Source: an uncultured delta proteobacterium
Lineage (GTDB): Bacteria > Desulfobacterota > Binatia > JACPRU01
Length of the DNA: 64,000 bases
Direction: 5' to 3'
Assembly (NCBI GenBank): GCA_963745025.1
Contig: CAVUWD010000011.1
Span: forward strand, 576,001 to 640,000
Shown here: one piece after another, positions 20,010-30,012 of the stretch
Numbering within the stretch: position 1 is the first letter of the stretch
Layout of the letters: each line of letters starts with the position of its first letter
The notes under the pieces: model-generated
Told to the model about the DNA's origin: nothing
The model's input: the letters and a program-made list of their open reading frames with translations, nothing else
Databases searched by the model: none
Program-made: the position numbers and the translations under genes

Positions 20010-22064
20010 TCAAGCCAAATGGAGCGCGGAGACGATGAGATCGATCGCCTTGATGCCGATGAACGGCACGATGATGCCGCCGACGCCGTAGACGAGCAGG
20101 TTTCGCCGCAAGATCGCCGCCGCGCCCACCGGACGGAATTTCACGCCGCGGAGCGCGAGCGGGATCAGCGCGATGATGATGAGCGCGTTGAAGATGATCG
20201 CCGAGAGGATCGCGCTTCGCGGCGTCGCGAGGCCCATGATGTTGAGCGCGTTCAGCTCGGGATAGGTGGCGGCGAACATCGCCGGGATGATCGCGAAGTA
20301 TTTGGCCACGTCGTTGGCGATGGAGAACGTGGTGAGCGAGCCGCGCGTGATCAGCAGCTGTTTGCCGATCTCGACGATCTCGATGAGCTTGGTCGGATTC
20401 GAATCGAGATCGACCATGTTGCCGGCCTCCTTGGCGGCGGAGGTGCCGGTGTTCATCGCCACGCCGACATCGGCCTGGGCGAGCGCCGGCGCGTCGTTGG
20501 TGCCGTCGCCGCACATCGCCACCAGCTTGCCCTTCGCCTGCTCCTCGCGGATCAGTGCCAGCTTGTTCTCGGGCGTGGCCTGGGCGAGGAAGTCGTCGAC
20601 GCCGGACTCGGCAGCGATCGCCGCGGCGGTGAGCGGGTTGTCGCCGGTGATCATCACCGTGCGGATACCCATCGTCCGGAGCTCCGCGAAGCGCTCCTTG
20701 ATCCCGCCCTTGACGACGTCCTTGAGGTGGATGACGCCGAGCAGCTTCTGGTCCTTGGCGACCACGAGCGGCGTGCCGCCCGAGCGGGCGATCCGCTCGA
20801 CGATCGTCTTGAGCTCCGGCGGAGGCTGGAAGGTCCGGCCGTTCTTGCTCTTGGCGAACTCGATGATCGCGTCGACCGCACCCTTGCGGACCTCGGTGCC
20901 GTCCAGATTGACGCCGCTCATGCGGGTCTGAGCCGTGAACGGCACGAAGTGGCCGCCGAGCTCGTGGACGTCGCGGCCGCGGAGCCCATAGCGCTCCTTG
21001 GCGAGCACGACGATCGAGCGGCCTTCCGGCGTCTCGTCAGAGAGCGAGGCCAGCTGCGCGGCGTCGGCGAGGTCCTCGTCCTTCACACCGGGAAGGGGCA
21101 GGAACTCGCTCGCCATGCGGTTGCCGAGCGTGATGGTGCCGGTCTTGTCGAGGAGCAGCGTGTCCACGTCGCCAGCGGCCTCCACCGCGCGGCCCGACAT
21201 GGCAAGCACGTTGTGCTGCACCAGCCGGTCCATGCCGGCGATGCCGATGGCCGAAAGCAGACCGCCGATCGTGGTCGGGATGAGCGTGACGAACAGAGCG
21301 ATCAGGATCGCCACCGAGATGGGCGTCCCGGCGTAGAGGCCGAACATCTCGATCGACACCGTGACGAACACGAAGATGATCGTCATGCCGACCAGCAGGA
21401 TCGACAGCGCGATCTCGTTCGGGGTCTTCTGCCGCTTGGCGCCCTCGACGAGCGCGATCATGCGGTCGAGGAACGTCTCGCCCGGATTCGATGTGATCCG
21501 CACCTTGATCCAGTCGGAGAGCACGCGCGTGCCGCCGGTGACGGCCGAGCGGTCGCCGCCGCTTTCGCGGATCACCGGCGCCGACTCGCCGGTGATGGCC
21601 GACTCGTCGACCGAGGCGATGCCTTCGATCACGTCGCCGTCACCGGGGATGACCTCACCTGCGACGACCAGCACGATGTCGCCGCGGCGCAGCTGTGTGG
21701 CGGGGACCCGCTCCCCGTGCTCGTCGGCCGCCTGGCGCAGGCGCATGGCGATCGTTTCGGTGCGGGTTCTTCGCAGCGTGTCCGCCTGGGCCTTGCCACG
21801 CCCCTCGGCGATCGCCTCGGCGAAGTTGGCGAACAGCACAGTGAACCACAGCCAGGCGCTGAGCTGGCCGGTAAAGGCCGCGTGGCCCAGCGCGCCGCTG
21901 AAAAGATCGCGGAAGAAGATCAATGCAGTCGCGGCGGAGACGATCTCGACCACGAACATGACGGGGTTGCGCATCAGTGTTCGCGGGTCGAGCTTGTAGA
22001 ACGAGTCGAGAATCGCCGGACGAAGCAGCGCCGGGTCGAAGATCGAGGACTTGGCTCTGGACAT
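20010..22064 (-). CDS. kdpB: K+-transporting ATPase subunit B
   Basis: [21 protein letters not shown] phosphorylation site, KGAVD and [14 protein letters not shown]. Confidence 0.98.
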   Translation of the reverse strand: MSRAKSSIFDPALLRPAILDSFYKLDPRTLMRNPVMFVVEIVSAATALIFFRDLFSGALGHAAFTGQLSAWLWFTVLFANFAEAIAEGRGKAQADTLRRTRTETIAMRLRQAADEHGERVPATQLRRGDIVLVVAGEVIPGDGDVIEGIASVDESAITGESAPVIRESGGDRSAVTGGTRVLSDWIKVRITSNPGETFLDRMIALVEGAKRQKTPNEIALSILLVGMTIIFVFVTVSIEMFGLYAGTPISVAILIALFVTLIPTTIGGLLSAIGIAGMDRLVQHNVLAMSGRAVEAAGDVDTLLLDKTGTITLGNRMASEFLPLPGVKDEDLADAAQLASLSDETPEGRSIVVLAKERYGLRGRDVHELGGHFVPFTAQTRMSGVNLDGTEVRKGAVDAIIEFAKSKNGRTFQPPPELKTIVERIARSGGTPLVVAKDQKLLGVIHLKDVVKGGIKERFAELRTMGIRTVMITGDNPLTAAAIAAESGVDDFLAQATPENKLALIREEQAKGKLVAMCGDGTNDAPALAQADVGVAMNTGTSAAKEAGNMVDLDSNPTKLIEIVEIGKQLLITRGSLTTFSIANDVAKYFAIIPAMFAATYPELNALNIMGLATPRSAILSAIIFNALIIIALIPLALRGVKFRPVGAAAILRRNLLVYGVGGIIVPFIGIKAIDLIVSALHLA

Positions 22065-22077
22065 GGACGTAGAACCT

Positions 22078-23793
22078 CTAGAGAGCTTTGCCGGCCGTCA
22101 TGTAGAGATGGTCGACGATCGGACCGAGCGAGAGCGCTGGGAAGAAGGTGAGCCCGCCGACGATGAGGATGACACCGACGAGCAGCGCGACGAACAGCGG
22201 CGTGTTGGTCGGGAAGGTCCCGCTCGAGGGTGGCACGAGCTTCTTCTTCACCAGCGAGCCGGCGATGGCGATCGTCGGCACGATCATCAGGAAGCGGCCG
22301 AACAGCATCGCCAGACCGCCCGTCAGGTTGTAGAAGACAGTGTTCGCAGAGATTCCCGCAAAGGCGCTGCCGTTGTTGCCGGTGCTCGAGGAGTACATGT
22401 AGAGGATCTCGCTGAAGCCGTGTGGCCCCTTGTTGAGCGGACCGGCGAGACCGGAGGGCGAGACGCTCGCGAGCGCGGTGAAGCCGAGGATCGAGAACTC
22501 GAGGATGAGGATGGCCAGGACGGCCATCTTCACCTCCTTCGCCTCGATCTTCTTGCCGAGGTACTCCGGCGTACGTCCGACCATCAGGCCGGCGATGAAG
22601 ACCGCAGAGCATGGCGAAGAGGAGCATGCCGTAGAGACCGGCGCCCGCGCCGCCGATCACGATCTCGCCGAGCTGGATGTTGAGCAGCGGAATCAATCCG
22701 CCGAGCGGAGTGAAGCTGTCGTGCATGCTGTTGACGGCTCCGCAGGAGGTGTCGGTGGTCACCGCCGCCCACAGGGCGGACTTGGCGATACCGAAGCGGA
22801 CCTCCTTGCCCTCCATGTTGCCGCCGCTGCGGGATCGATGCCGAGACGGGCGAACGCGGGATTGCCCGCCGCTTCGGACCAGTACGCGATGAAGACGCCG
22901 GTCGAGCAGGATCGCCAGCATCGCGCCGAGGAGCGCCCAGCCCTGGCGGGTGTCGCGTACCATGACGCCGAAGGTGTAGGTGAGCGCCGCGCTCACCAGC
23001 GAGGATCGCGAACATCTCGAGGTGATTCGTCAGCGGCGTCGGGTTCTCATAGGGGTGGGCGGAGTTGGCATTGAAGAAGCCGCCGCCGTTGGTGCCGAGC
23101 TCCTTGATGATCTCCTGCGAAGCGACCGGGTCCTTGCGCGATCGTCTGGTCCGCGCCCTCGACCGTCTTGACGGCCGTATAGGCGTTCAGGTTCTGCGGC
23201 ACTCCCTGCCAGACCAACACCGGAGTCAGGAGCACGCAGATCGGCAGCAGCACCCAGAGCGTGCAGCGGGTCAGGTCCACCCAGAAGTTGCCGATCGTCT
23301 TCCCCTCATGGCGCGCGAAACCGCGCACCAGCGCGATGGCGAGCGCGATCCCCGTGGCCGCCGACACGAAGTTGTGGAACGCGAGCCCGGCCATCTGCGT
23401 GAAGTAGCTCATCGTCGACTCGGGGACGTACGACTGCCAGTTGGTGTTGGTGGTGAAGCTCACTGCCGTGTTGAAGGACGAGTCCGCCGAGATCGGTCCG
23501 AGTCCCTGCGGATTGAACGGCAGGAGGTGCTGGACCCGCTGCATCAGGTAGAGCAGCAACAAGCCAGCGACGTTGAAGAGCAACATCGCGATCGTGTAGG
23601 TCGTCCAGTGCTGCTCGACGTCGGGGCGCACGCCGCTCAGCCGGTAGATCAACCGCTCGATCGGCGCGAGCACTGGATCGAGGAAGGTGCGCTCGCGCGC
23701 GAACACCCGTGCCATGTACAGCCCGAGCGGCTTCACGCAGGCCAGTACGAGGCCGAAGAGGATCAGTATCTGCAGAATGCCATTCGCAGTCAT
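22078..23793 (-). CDS. kdpA: K+-transporting ATPase subunit A (several frameshifts between about 22600 and 23140)
   Basis: [73 protein letters not shown] and [12 protein letters not shown], found across frames. Confidence 0.93.
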
Positions 23794-23806
23794 GAGAATT
23801 GGGCCT

Positions 23807-23896
23807 CTAGAATTTCTCGGGATTCAAAAGGACGTAGAAGAGGTAAAGCAATATCCCGACGGCAACCGTACCGCCGAGCCAAAATTCGAGAGTCAT
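23807..23896 (-). CDS. kdpF: K+-transporting ATPase subunit F (29 aa)
   Basis: Manual translation [29 protein letters not shown] has the KdpF YLxYxLLxPEKF end and lies immediately before kdpA. Confidence 0.9.
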   Translation of the reverse strand: MTLEFWLGGTVAVGILLYLFYVLLNPEKF

Positions 23897-23900
23897 GGCG

Positions 23901-23981
23901 TCACAACCTTTCGCAGCCTTCGACGTAGGCAATCGCTCCGGCGAAGAAGCCGATAACCACGACCAAGAAGAGGATGTCCAT
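23901..23981 (-). CDS. 26-aa hydrophobic peptide upstream of kdpF
   Basis: MDILFLVVVIGFFAGAIAYVEGCERL resembles small peptides often seen ahead of kdpF; lies between the promoter and kdpF. Confidence 0.75.
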   Translation of the reverse strand: MDILFLVVVIGFFAGAIAYVEGCERL

Positions 23982-24029
23982 AATCAACCTGTCCCCCTTG
24001 CGACACGAATACCTTCGGCAGATCACTTG

Positions 24030-24046
24030 AGCAGGCTTCGTGCCAG
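24030..24046 (-). promoter_or_regulatory. sigma54 promoter of the kdp operon
   Basis: CTGGCACGAAGCCTGCT (GG-N10-GC). Confidence 0.78.
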
Positions 24047-24082
24047 CCCGACTCGACACGTCATCAAAGAGCTTTTCTCGGC

Positions 24083-24112
24083 TTCCCCCAAGTGTTTCTT
24101 GCAAATCGAAGG
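24083..24112 (-). promoter_or_regulatory. shared upstream motif (copy 2)
   Basis: CCTTCGATTTGCAAG-aaacac-TTGGGGGAA on the minus strand. Confidence 0.65.
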
Positions 24113-24187
24113 AACTCGATCCTTCACAATGAAATGAGGAATTCTCCCCTCTGGGAAATCGCGAGAGGCCTTCTCGGACTACCTATC

Positions 24188-24665
24188 GTGAGGAAGCGCC
24201 GCTTTTTCATTCTCTTATGTCTCCTTGGTCTGGCGTCCCTTTACGCCGGCCTGCACGTTCTCGTTGTGGGACGTGCCGTCCCAAGGCATCCCCTCACCGG
24301 GCGGCAGATTGCGGGCATTGCGACGGACGCCAATTTGATGGACCGGCCCGAGCGCGAAATGGATGAAGAACCTGACCGTGCGCTGCAACTCATTGCGGTC
24401 ACTCCCGGGATGGTTGTCGCAGATGTCGGTGCGGGCTCGGGATACACGACCGTGCGGCTGGCTCGACCCGTGGGCCCCACCGGAAAGATATACGCAAACG
24501 ATCTACAGCCAGCGAGCTGTAGATCATTCGGGACAAGGCTTGCGAACAGGGGTTGTCGAACGTCGAGATCGTGCCAGGCATTGAGGACGATGTGCGCCTT
24601 CCAGAAGGTGCGATCGATCTCGCGTTGCTCGCTGACGTCTATCATGAGCTGAGCCATCCACGCAG
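24188..24665 (+). pseudogene. class I SAM-dependent methyltransferase, frameshifted and 3'-truncated
   Basis: HPLTGRQIA, EREMDEEPD, PGMVVADVGAGSGY; after a shift, GLSNVEIV..LPEGAIDLALLADVYHELSHP, then similarity ends. Confidence 0.75.
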
Positions 24666-24709
24666 TAGATGTCCGTCTTGAACGGTTCGCCCTGAAACCG
24701 CTCACACAC

Positions 24710-24813
24710 CTTTCGATCTGCAAGCCTTCCTTCGTTTTGGGGGAAGGCGACGGCAGCTGCGAAAGCGGAGACCCAAGAAAGTTCTCGAGAATCTCTCTGG
24801 CACGGTCCGTGCG
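24710..24813 (+). promoter_or_regulatory. shared motif (copy 3) plus sigma54 promoter
   Basis: CTTTCGATCTGCAAG (24710-24724), TTGGGGGAA (24737-24745), CTGGCACGGTCCGTGCG (24797-24813); near copy of the porin promoter. Confidence 0.72.
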
Positions 24814-24836
24814 TCGATCTGGATCGAGCTCGTACC

Positions 24837-25181
24837 ATGCAGGCTGCCTCCCACACTCGTTTCGCGCCGGCTCCGGAACCAGAGCTGCCGCGGAACACCC
24901 TGCGGGGGTTTCTGGTCGCACAGTGCGCGTTCGAGCGGGCGCAACGACTCCGGCACGGTCTGCTGCTGCTCCTCGCGCCGGCGAGCGCGATCGTTTGGGC
25001 GTTGGCGATGTGGCCCGGTCTTTTACCGGCTCGCCTCGGCTCGGTCCTGCTCGGTGGCTGGTGGCTGCTCTTCGCGGCGGCCCTGTATGCCGGCTTCGCC
25101 GAACGACTGTGGCTCAGGCGCTCGCGGCAAGCGAGCAAAAATCTCGCGGCAGCCGGCGCAGGACAAGGAGATCAACGATGA
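24837..25181 (+). CDS. small hypothetical membrane protein (2 TM)
   Basis: Two hydrophobic segments; follows the sigma54 promoter; ATGA overlap with the PII fragment. Confidence 0.6.
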   Translation: MQAASHTRFAPAPEPELPRNTLRGFLVAQCAFERAQRLRHGLLLLLAPASAIVWALAMWPGLLPARLGSVLLGGWWLLFAAALYAGFAERLWLRRSRQASKNLAAAGAGQGDQR

Positions 25182-25307
25182 AGAAGCTCGAGGCCATCAT
25201 TCGGCCCGTCCAGCTCGGTGACGTGAAGGACGCCCTTGCCAGGGAGGGCGTCGGGGCGATGACGATCTCGGACGTGAGGGGCTCCGCTTCCGGCGAAGCG
25301 CGCGCCG
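25178..25307 (+). pseudogene. N-terminal fragment of a PII-like gene
   Basis: MKKLEAIIRPVQLGDVKDALAREGVGAMTISDVRGSASGEARA, then similarity stops. Confidence 0.8.
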
Positions 25308-25517
25308 ACGGCCCCAAATCTCAGCCTCACGGTTGCCGGCACGTCGCGCGCGGAGGTCTTGGCCGGGGTGAACATGCCGATGCTCATCAAGACAGCGACC
25401 GCCCGCGGGACCATGGGACTCCGCGAGCTTGCGGGCATCACTTGCAGGTACGGGCGGGATCACATCTTCAGGGCGAGCGAAGGCAGCCGCTCGACCGACG
25501 GAGCCGTACGTCGATGA
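25308..25517 (+). pseudogene. C-terminal half of a PTS EIIA (mannose/fructose type)
   Basis: Manual frame PNLSLTVAGTSRAEVLAGVNMPMLIK..LRELAGITCRYGRDHIFRASE; its stop overlaps the HPr ATG. Confidence 0.72.
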
Positions 25518-25780
25518 GCGAGCCGCGTACCCCGTCGTTGAAGGAGACGTTCGTGATCCAAAACCGTCTCGGGCTTCACGCCCGGACAGCCGCGCTCTTC
25601 GTGCAAGCGGTTGCGGGGCTCGACGCGGACGTGTTCGTCAGCAAGGACGACGAAACGGTGAACGGCAAGAGCATCATGGGCCTGATGATGCTGGGCGCCG
25701 GCATGGGCAGCTCGATCGACGTCGAAGCAAGCGGTCCGGCGGCCGAAGAGGCGCTCGCGAAGATCGGTGCGCTGATCTGA
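25514..25780 (+). CDS. ptsH: HPr family phosphocarrier protein
   Basis: NRLGLHARTAA (His15) and VNGKSIMGLMMLGAG (Ser46); C-terminus possibly clipped. Confidence 0.88.
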   Translation: MSEPRTPSLKETFVIQNRLGLHARTAALFVQAVAGLDADVFVSKDDETVNGKSIMGLMMLGAGMGSSIDVEASGPAAEEALAKIGALI

Positions 25781-25979
25781 ACCGCTTCACAGACCTTTCG
25801 ATCTGCAAGCCGTCCTTCTCGCCTCGGCTCGGTCCTGCTCGGTGGCTGGTGACTGCTCTTCGCGGCGGCCCTGTATGCCGGCTTCGCCGAACGGCTGTGG
25901 CTCAGGCGCTCGCGGCACGCGAGGAAAAATCTCACGGCAGCCAGAGCCGCGGAGGATAAGGAGGATAAGGAGATCAACG

Positions 25980-26318
25980 ATGAAGAAGCTCGAGGCCATC
26001 ATTCGGCCCGTCAAGCTCGGTGACGTGAAGGACGCCCTTGCCAAGGAAGGCGTCGAGGCGATGACGATCTCGGACGTGAAGGGCTCTGCTTCCGCCGAAG
26101 CGCGGGCCGAGCTTTACCGTGGCGCCGAGTACGTCGTCGATTTCCTACCGAAGGTCAAGATCGAGGTCGTGCTCAGCGATGATCTTGCCGAGCGCGCCGC
26201 CGAGATCATCCGGTCGAGTGCCCACACCGGCCAACGGGGCGACGGGAACGCTCTCTTGCTGCCCGTGGACGAGGCGATCCGCATCCGCACCGGCCAGCGC
26301 GGCGAGGAAGCGGTCTGA
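25980..26318 (+). CDS. full-length atypical PII protein (112 aa)
   Basis: [19 protein letters not shown] and AIRIRTG are canonical; FGRQKGHT is replaced by SASAEARA and GDGK by GDGN; strong RBS. Confidence 0.9.
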   Translation: MKKLEAIIRPVKLGDVKDALAKEGVEAMTISDVKGSASAEARAELYRGAEYVVDFLPKVKIEVVLSDDLAERAAEIIRSSAHTGQRGDGNALLLPVDEAIRIRTGQRGEEAV

Positions 26319-26389
26319 CCGTCCGTAGCCTTCAGCCAGGCGTTCGCGTCGGAAGACGTCAGCGGCACCGTCGCGACGAGAGAATTCGC

Positions 26390-26848
26390 GGAGAGGACAA
26401 CGCTGGAGTCGTCGTCCTTCCGTCGCTTCTCTGCGGAATCGCGTTCGTCTTTGGCCTGGTCCTTCATTGGGCGCGCCCAGTGAGCCTGCTCCCACCGTTG
26501 ATCAGCGTGCCGACGGGCCTCGTGACGTTACTGCTCGGCGGCTTCCTCGCCGTCTGGGCAAAGCGCGCGATGGAGCACGCGGGAACCAACGTGGACCCGC
26601 GATTCCCGGCGAAGGTCCTCGTGGTCACGGGGCCCTTCGCTTTCTCGCGGAATCCCCTCTACTTCGCGCGCACTCTCCTCTACGTAGGTCTCGCCCTCGC
26701 CATGAACACGGCGTGGCCGATAGTCACGCTTCTGCCCGTCCTCGGCATTATCCATTTCGGAGTGATCCCACGAGAGGAACGCTACCTCGAGGCGAGATTC
26801 GGCGACGCGTATCGTCGGTATCGTACCCGCGTCCGGCGCTGGGTGTAG
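26390..26848 (+). CDS. isoprenylcysteine carboxyl methyltransferase family protein (start uncertain)
   Basis: DNAGVVVLPSLL is in frame upstream of GTG 26480; LVVTGPFAFSRNPLY and EERYLEARFGDAYRRYRTRVRRW. Confidence 0.8.
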   Translation, partial: GEDNAGVVVLPSLLCGIAFVFGLVLHWARPVSLLPPLISVPTGLVTLLLGGFLAVWAKRAMEHAGTNVDPRFPAKVLVVTGPFAFSRNPLYFARTLLYVGLALAMNTAWPIVTLLPVLGIIHFGVIPREERYLEARFGDAYRRYRTRVRRWV

Positions 26849-26956
26849 CGCCGCCGAGCCACCGGCCCCTTCGGCTGGAGGAGTTCCGATCCACCCGCCC
26901 GCTCTTGTCTCGGTTGGAAAAACTGGCCAGATGCGTGCCGAGGGGAGATCCGCGCG

Positions 26957-27274
26957 ATGGATGGAATGGCCTGGTTCGTCTTCGTCGGCGCCGCGATCCT
27001 CGAAGTCGGAGGAGACGCGTTGATCCGTACCGGCTTGCGGGGCGACAAGCTCGCGCTCGTCATCGCGGGCTTCGCGGTGCTCGGCTCCTACGGCGTAGTG
27101 GTCAACACCCTGACTTGGGACTTCACCCGCTTGCTCGGCGTCTATGTCGCGGTGTTCGCCGTCACCAGCGCGCTCTTCGGGCGCTTCGTATTCCACGAGA
27201 GCGCGTCCACGGCGACCTGGCTTGGGCTCGCGCTGGTTCTCGTCGGAGCGGTGGTCATCCAGCTGGGAGAGTGA
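26957..27274 (+). CDS. small 4-TM SMR/DMT-like membrane protein
   Basis: AAILEVGGDALIR (TM1 Glu) and four hydrophobic helices in 105 aa. Confidence 0.7.
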   Translation: MDGMAWFVFVGAAILEVGGDALIRTGLRGDKLALVIAGFAVLGSYGVVVNTLTWDFTRLLGVYVAVFAVTSALFGRFVFHESASTATWLGLALVLVGAVVIQLGE

Positions 27275-27280
27275 TCGCCG

Positions 27281-27385
27281 CTACTTCTCGATCGGCAGCC
27301 CCTTCTCCTTCCACGCGACGACGCCGCCAGCCAACGAGCGGACGTCGGTGAAGCCCATCTGCTGCAGGACGTCGGCAGCCATGGT
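27281..27385 (-). pseudogene. C-terminal remnant of a rhodanese domain
   Basis: MAADVLQQMGFTDVRSLAGGVVAWKEKGLPIEK; the catalytic Cys loop is absent. Confidence 0.72.
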
Positions 27386-27399
27386 GCGCCGCGCCGCGC

Positions 27400-28332
27400 T
27401 TAGTCGGCCAGATCGGCGAACAGCGGCGTGCTCAGGTAGCGCTCGCCGAACGAGGGGATGATGACCACGATCTGCTTGCCGGCGCTCTCCTCGCGCCGGG
27501 CCACCTCGACAGCCGCCCAGATCGCCGCGCCCGACGAGATGCCGACCAGCAGGCCTTCCTCCTTGGCCGAGCGGCGGGCCATCGCGAACGCGTCCTCGTT
27601 CTTCACCCGGACGATCTCGTCGTAGATCTTCGTGTTCAGCACCTCGGGGACGAAGCCGGCGCCGATCCCCTGGATCGGGTGCGGTCCCCGCTGGCCGCCC
27701 GAGAGCACGGGCGAGGCATCCGGCTCGACGGCCACGCAGCGGAACGAGGGCTTGCGCGCCTTGAGGACCTCGCCGACGCCGGTGATGGTGCCGCCGGTGC
27801 CGACGCCGGCCACCAGGATATCGACCTGACCGTCGGTGTCGCGCCAGATCTCCTCGGCGGTCGTCTTGCGGTGGATCTCCGGGTTGGCGGGATTCTCGAA
27901 CTGCTGCGGGATGAAGTAGCGCGGGTCGCTGGCCGCCAGCTCCTCGGCCCTCTTGATGCATCCCGGCATCCCCTCGCTGCCCGGCGTGAGGATCAGCTCG
28001 GCGCCGTACGCGCGCAGCAGCATGCGGCGCTCTTTGCTCATCGTGTCCGGCATGATGAGCGTGCACCCGTAGCCGCGTGCCGCGCACACGAGGGCCAGGC
28101 CGATGCCCGTGTTGCCGCTGGTGGGCTCCAGGATGATCGTGTCCTTCGTGATCTTCCCCGCCCGCTCGGCCGCGTCGATCATCGACACCGCGATGCGGTC
28201 CTTCACGCTGTGGGCGGGGCTGTAGAACTCGAGCTTGGCGACGACCTCGGCGCGGGCCCCCGCCGTCACGCGCCGCAGCCGCACGAGCGGAGTGTTGCCG
28301 ACGAGCTTGGTGACGTCATCCGCGATCCTCAT
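27400..28332 (-). CDS. cysK: cysteine synthase A
   Basis: VGNTPLV, SVKDRIA (PLP Lys), [42 protein letters not shown]. Confidence 0.96.
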   Translation of the reverse strand: MRIADDVTKLVGNTPLVRLRRVTAGARAEVVAKLEFYSPAHSVKDRIAVSMIDAAERAGKITKDTIILEPTSGNTGIGLALVCAARGYGCTLIMPDTMSKERRMLLRAYGAELILTPGSEGMPGCIKRAEELAASDPRYFIPQQFENPANPEIHRKTTAEEIWRDTDGQVDILVAGVGTGGTITGVGEVLKARKPSFRCVAVEPDASPVLSGGQRGPHPIQGIGAGFVPEVLNTKIYDEIVRVKNEDAFAMARRSAKEEGLLVGISSGAAIWAAVEVARREESAGKQIVVIIPSFGERYLSTPLFADLAD

Positions 28333-28354
28333 GAGCCGGTGGTCGGTCCTCGGA

Positions 28355-28516
28355 TCAGGTGTCGCCGGAGAAGTCGCACCACTTGGTCTTGCCGATGCTC
28401 GTGGCTCCGCCGATGATCTTCTCGAGGTCTTTCTTCGTGAGTCCGAGATCCGTCTTGAGCGTCTTGCTCAGGTTGGCGGCCTTCGCCTTCTGGGCAGGCT
28501 TCGACCGTTTCGTCAT
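28355..28516 (-). CDS. 53-aa peptide with double-glycine-type leader (candidate RiPP/bacteriocin precursor)
   Basis: [53 protein letters not shown]; GAGGAG RBS; shorter than the ORF-track cut-off. Confidence 0.7.
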   Translation of the reverse strand: MTKRSKPAQKAKAANLSKTLKTDLGLTKKDLEKIIGGATSIGKTKWCDFSGDT

Positions 28517-28551
28517 GATCGTCTCCTCGACAGAACGGTGGAACGCGACGA

Positions 28552-28581
28552 AGCCTAGTGACCGCCGCGATCCGGTGTCAA
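28552..28581 (-). promoter_or_regulatory. sigma70-type promoter
   Basis: TTGACA-N18-TAGGCT on the minus strand, about 35 nt above the peptide ATG. Confidence 0.65.
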
Positions 28582-28616
28582 GCCGAGGTCACAGCCGAGG
28601 TCACAGCCGAGGTCAC
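28581..28616. repeat. perfect 12-bp tandem repeat (AGCCGAGGTCAC)x3 abutting the -35 box
   Basis: Read directly from the sequence. Confidence 0.92.
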
Positions 28617-28794
28617 AACCTGTAGGCCTGGCGCCCCTTGCTCTTCGCTGACGAGGATCAACTCGCCACGACCACCCGCGATCCGGTGGTCCCCGCCAAG
28701 CGCTACCAGTTCCATTTTACTACTTCCAGCGGCTATCTTCCGTAGAAGTGTCCGCATTTCGCCTCGGAAGTGATCCTCCGTGAAGGCGCCGCCG

Positions 28795-30012
28795 ATGCCT
28801 CGCTCCCGCCTGATTCCGATCGCCGGCCTCTTGCTCGCTCTCGCGCTTCGCCTCGCCTTCTCGCTCGGCTACTGGGTCGGAAAACCGCTCACCCACGACG
28901 AGCAGGAGTACTGGACGCTTTCACGGAACCTCGCCGCCGGCCGCGGCCTCGTCTACGATGACGACGGCCACGAGCATTTCGGTCGCGCCCCCGGCTATGC
29001 GGTGTTTCTCGCCGGGGTCCGTTCGATCGACGATTCGATCACCGCCGTGAAGGTTGCGCAGAGCGTGCTCGGGGCGCTCGGAGTCGGCGTCATCGCAATG
29101 CTCGCGGCGCGCGCCGCCGGACCGCGAGCCGCGGCCGTGGCAACCGCGATCGCGGCCGTCTATCCGCCGCTCGTGTGGATGCCCGCGTACCTCCTGAGCG
29201 AGACCCTCTACTCGCTGCTCGCGCTTTTCTCCACCGTTCTCTTATGGAAGGCGCTCGACCGGCCGACGTCAGGCAGGTTTTTCGGGGCCGGCATCGTGAT
29301 CGGTCTCACGGCGCTAGTCCGTCCCGTGGCGATCCCGTTTCTAGCGCTCGTGGTGCTCGTGCTCGGCCTCCGCCGCCGCTTTGCTCCGGCAGCCGCGCTG
29401 GTCCTCGGCGCGGCGATCACGATCGGTCCGTGGGCCGCCTGGAAGACGCAGGAGAGCGGACGGATGATCCTCATCGCCTCCGAGGGGGGCATCACGTTCT
29501 GGACCGGAAATCATCCGCTCGCGATCGGCGAAGGCGACATGGCGGCGAATCCCGCGATCAAGGCTGCGAACCACGAGCTTCGCGCGTCACACCCGGGCCT
29601 CTCGCCCGATGAGCTCGAGCCGGTGTACTACCGCGAGGCGCTCGCGTTCATCCGCGCCGATCCGCTCCGGTTCCTCGCGCTCCTGTCGCGGAAGCTCTTC
29701 TACCTCTGGGTTCCGATCGGGCCTTCCTACAGGCTCCATTCCGCGCTCTATCTCTATTCGGCGCGGACAGCGTACCTGGTACTGCTGCCGTTCGCCGTCT
29801 TCGGCTTCGCACGCCTGGCCCGCTCGCGCGCGCAGCCGCTGCCGCTCTGGCTTCTCGCCGGCTCGGCCGTGCTCGCGTGCCTCGTCTTCTTCCCTCAGGA
29901 CCGCTATCGCGTCCCCGCGATCGACCCGGTGATGATCGTTTGCGCCGCGTGTCTCGCATCGGGATCGGAGGATTCGAGCCGCCGGCCGCCGATCCGTCAG
30001 TCGAAGTCGTGA
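28795..30012 (+). CDS. GT-C/GT39 (ArnT/PMT-like) membrane glycosyltransferase
   Basis: THDEQEY loop, RAPGYAVFL, LLSETLY, multiple TM helices, RYRVP. Confidence 0.82.
   Translation: MPRSRLIPIAGLLLALALRLAFSLGYWVGKPLTHDEQEYWTLSRNLAAGRGLVYDDDGHEHFGRAPGYAVFLAGVRSIDDSITAVKVAQSVLGALGVGVIAMLAARAAGPRAAAVATAIAAVYPPLVWMPAYLLSETLYSLLALFSTVLLWKALDRPTSGRFFGAGIVIGLTALVRPVAIPFLALVVLVLGLRRRFAPAAALVLGAAITIGPWAAWKTQESGRMILIASEGGITFWTGNHPLAIGEGDMAANPAIKAANHELRASHPGLSPDELEPVYYREALAFIRADPLRFLALLSRKLFYLWVPIGPSYRLHSALYLYSARTAYLVLLPFAVFGFARLARSRAQPLPLWLLAGSAVLACLVFFPQDRYRVPAIDPVMIVCAACLASGSEDSSRRPPIRQSKS

Larger units (their letters stand above)
25030..26110 (+). repeat. direct duplication of about 280 bp (25030-25308 versus 25818-26110)
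   Basis: ctcgcctcggctcggtcctgctcggtggctggtg...atgaagaagctcgaggccatcattcggcccgtc...gaagcgcg occurs twice with scattered substitutions. Confidence 0.9.

Noticed and set aside
19047-22151. 1034-aa plus-strand ORF
   Set aside because: Antisense shadow of kdpB/kdpC caused by high-GC codon bias; no motifs. The same applies to most overlapping ORFs in the track.
25178-25780. Apparent PII-HPr fusion protein
   Set aside because: The linker is EIIA sequence read out of frame, and HPr has its own ATG coupled to the EIIA stop.
28355-28410. Streptide-type KxxxW motif in the peptide core
   Set aside because: Spacing is KxxW or KW, and no radical SAM gene is present in the window.
28581-28616. Short repeats here and at 9663 as possible CRISPR arrays
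   Set aside because: Units of 9-12 bp with no spacers and no cas genes.
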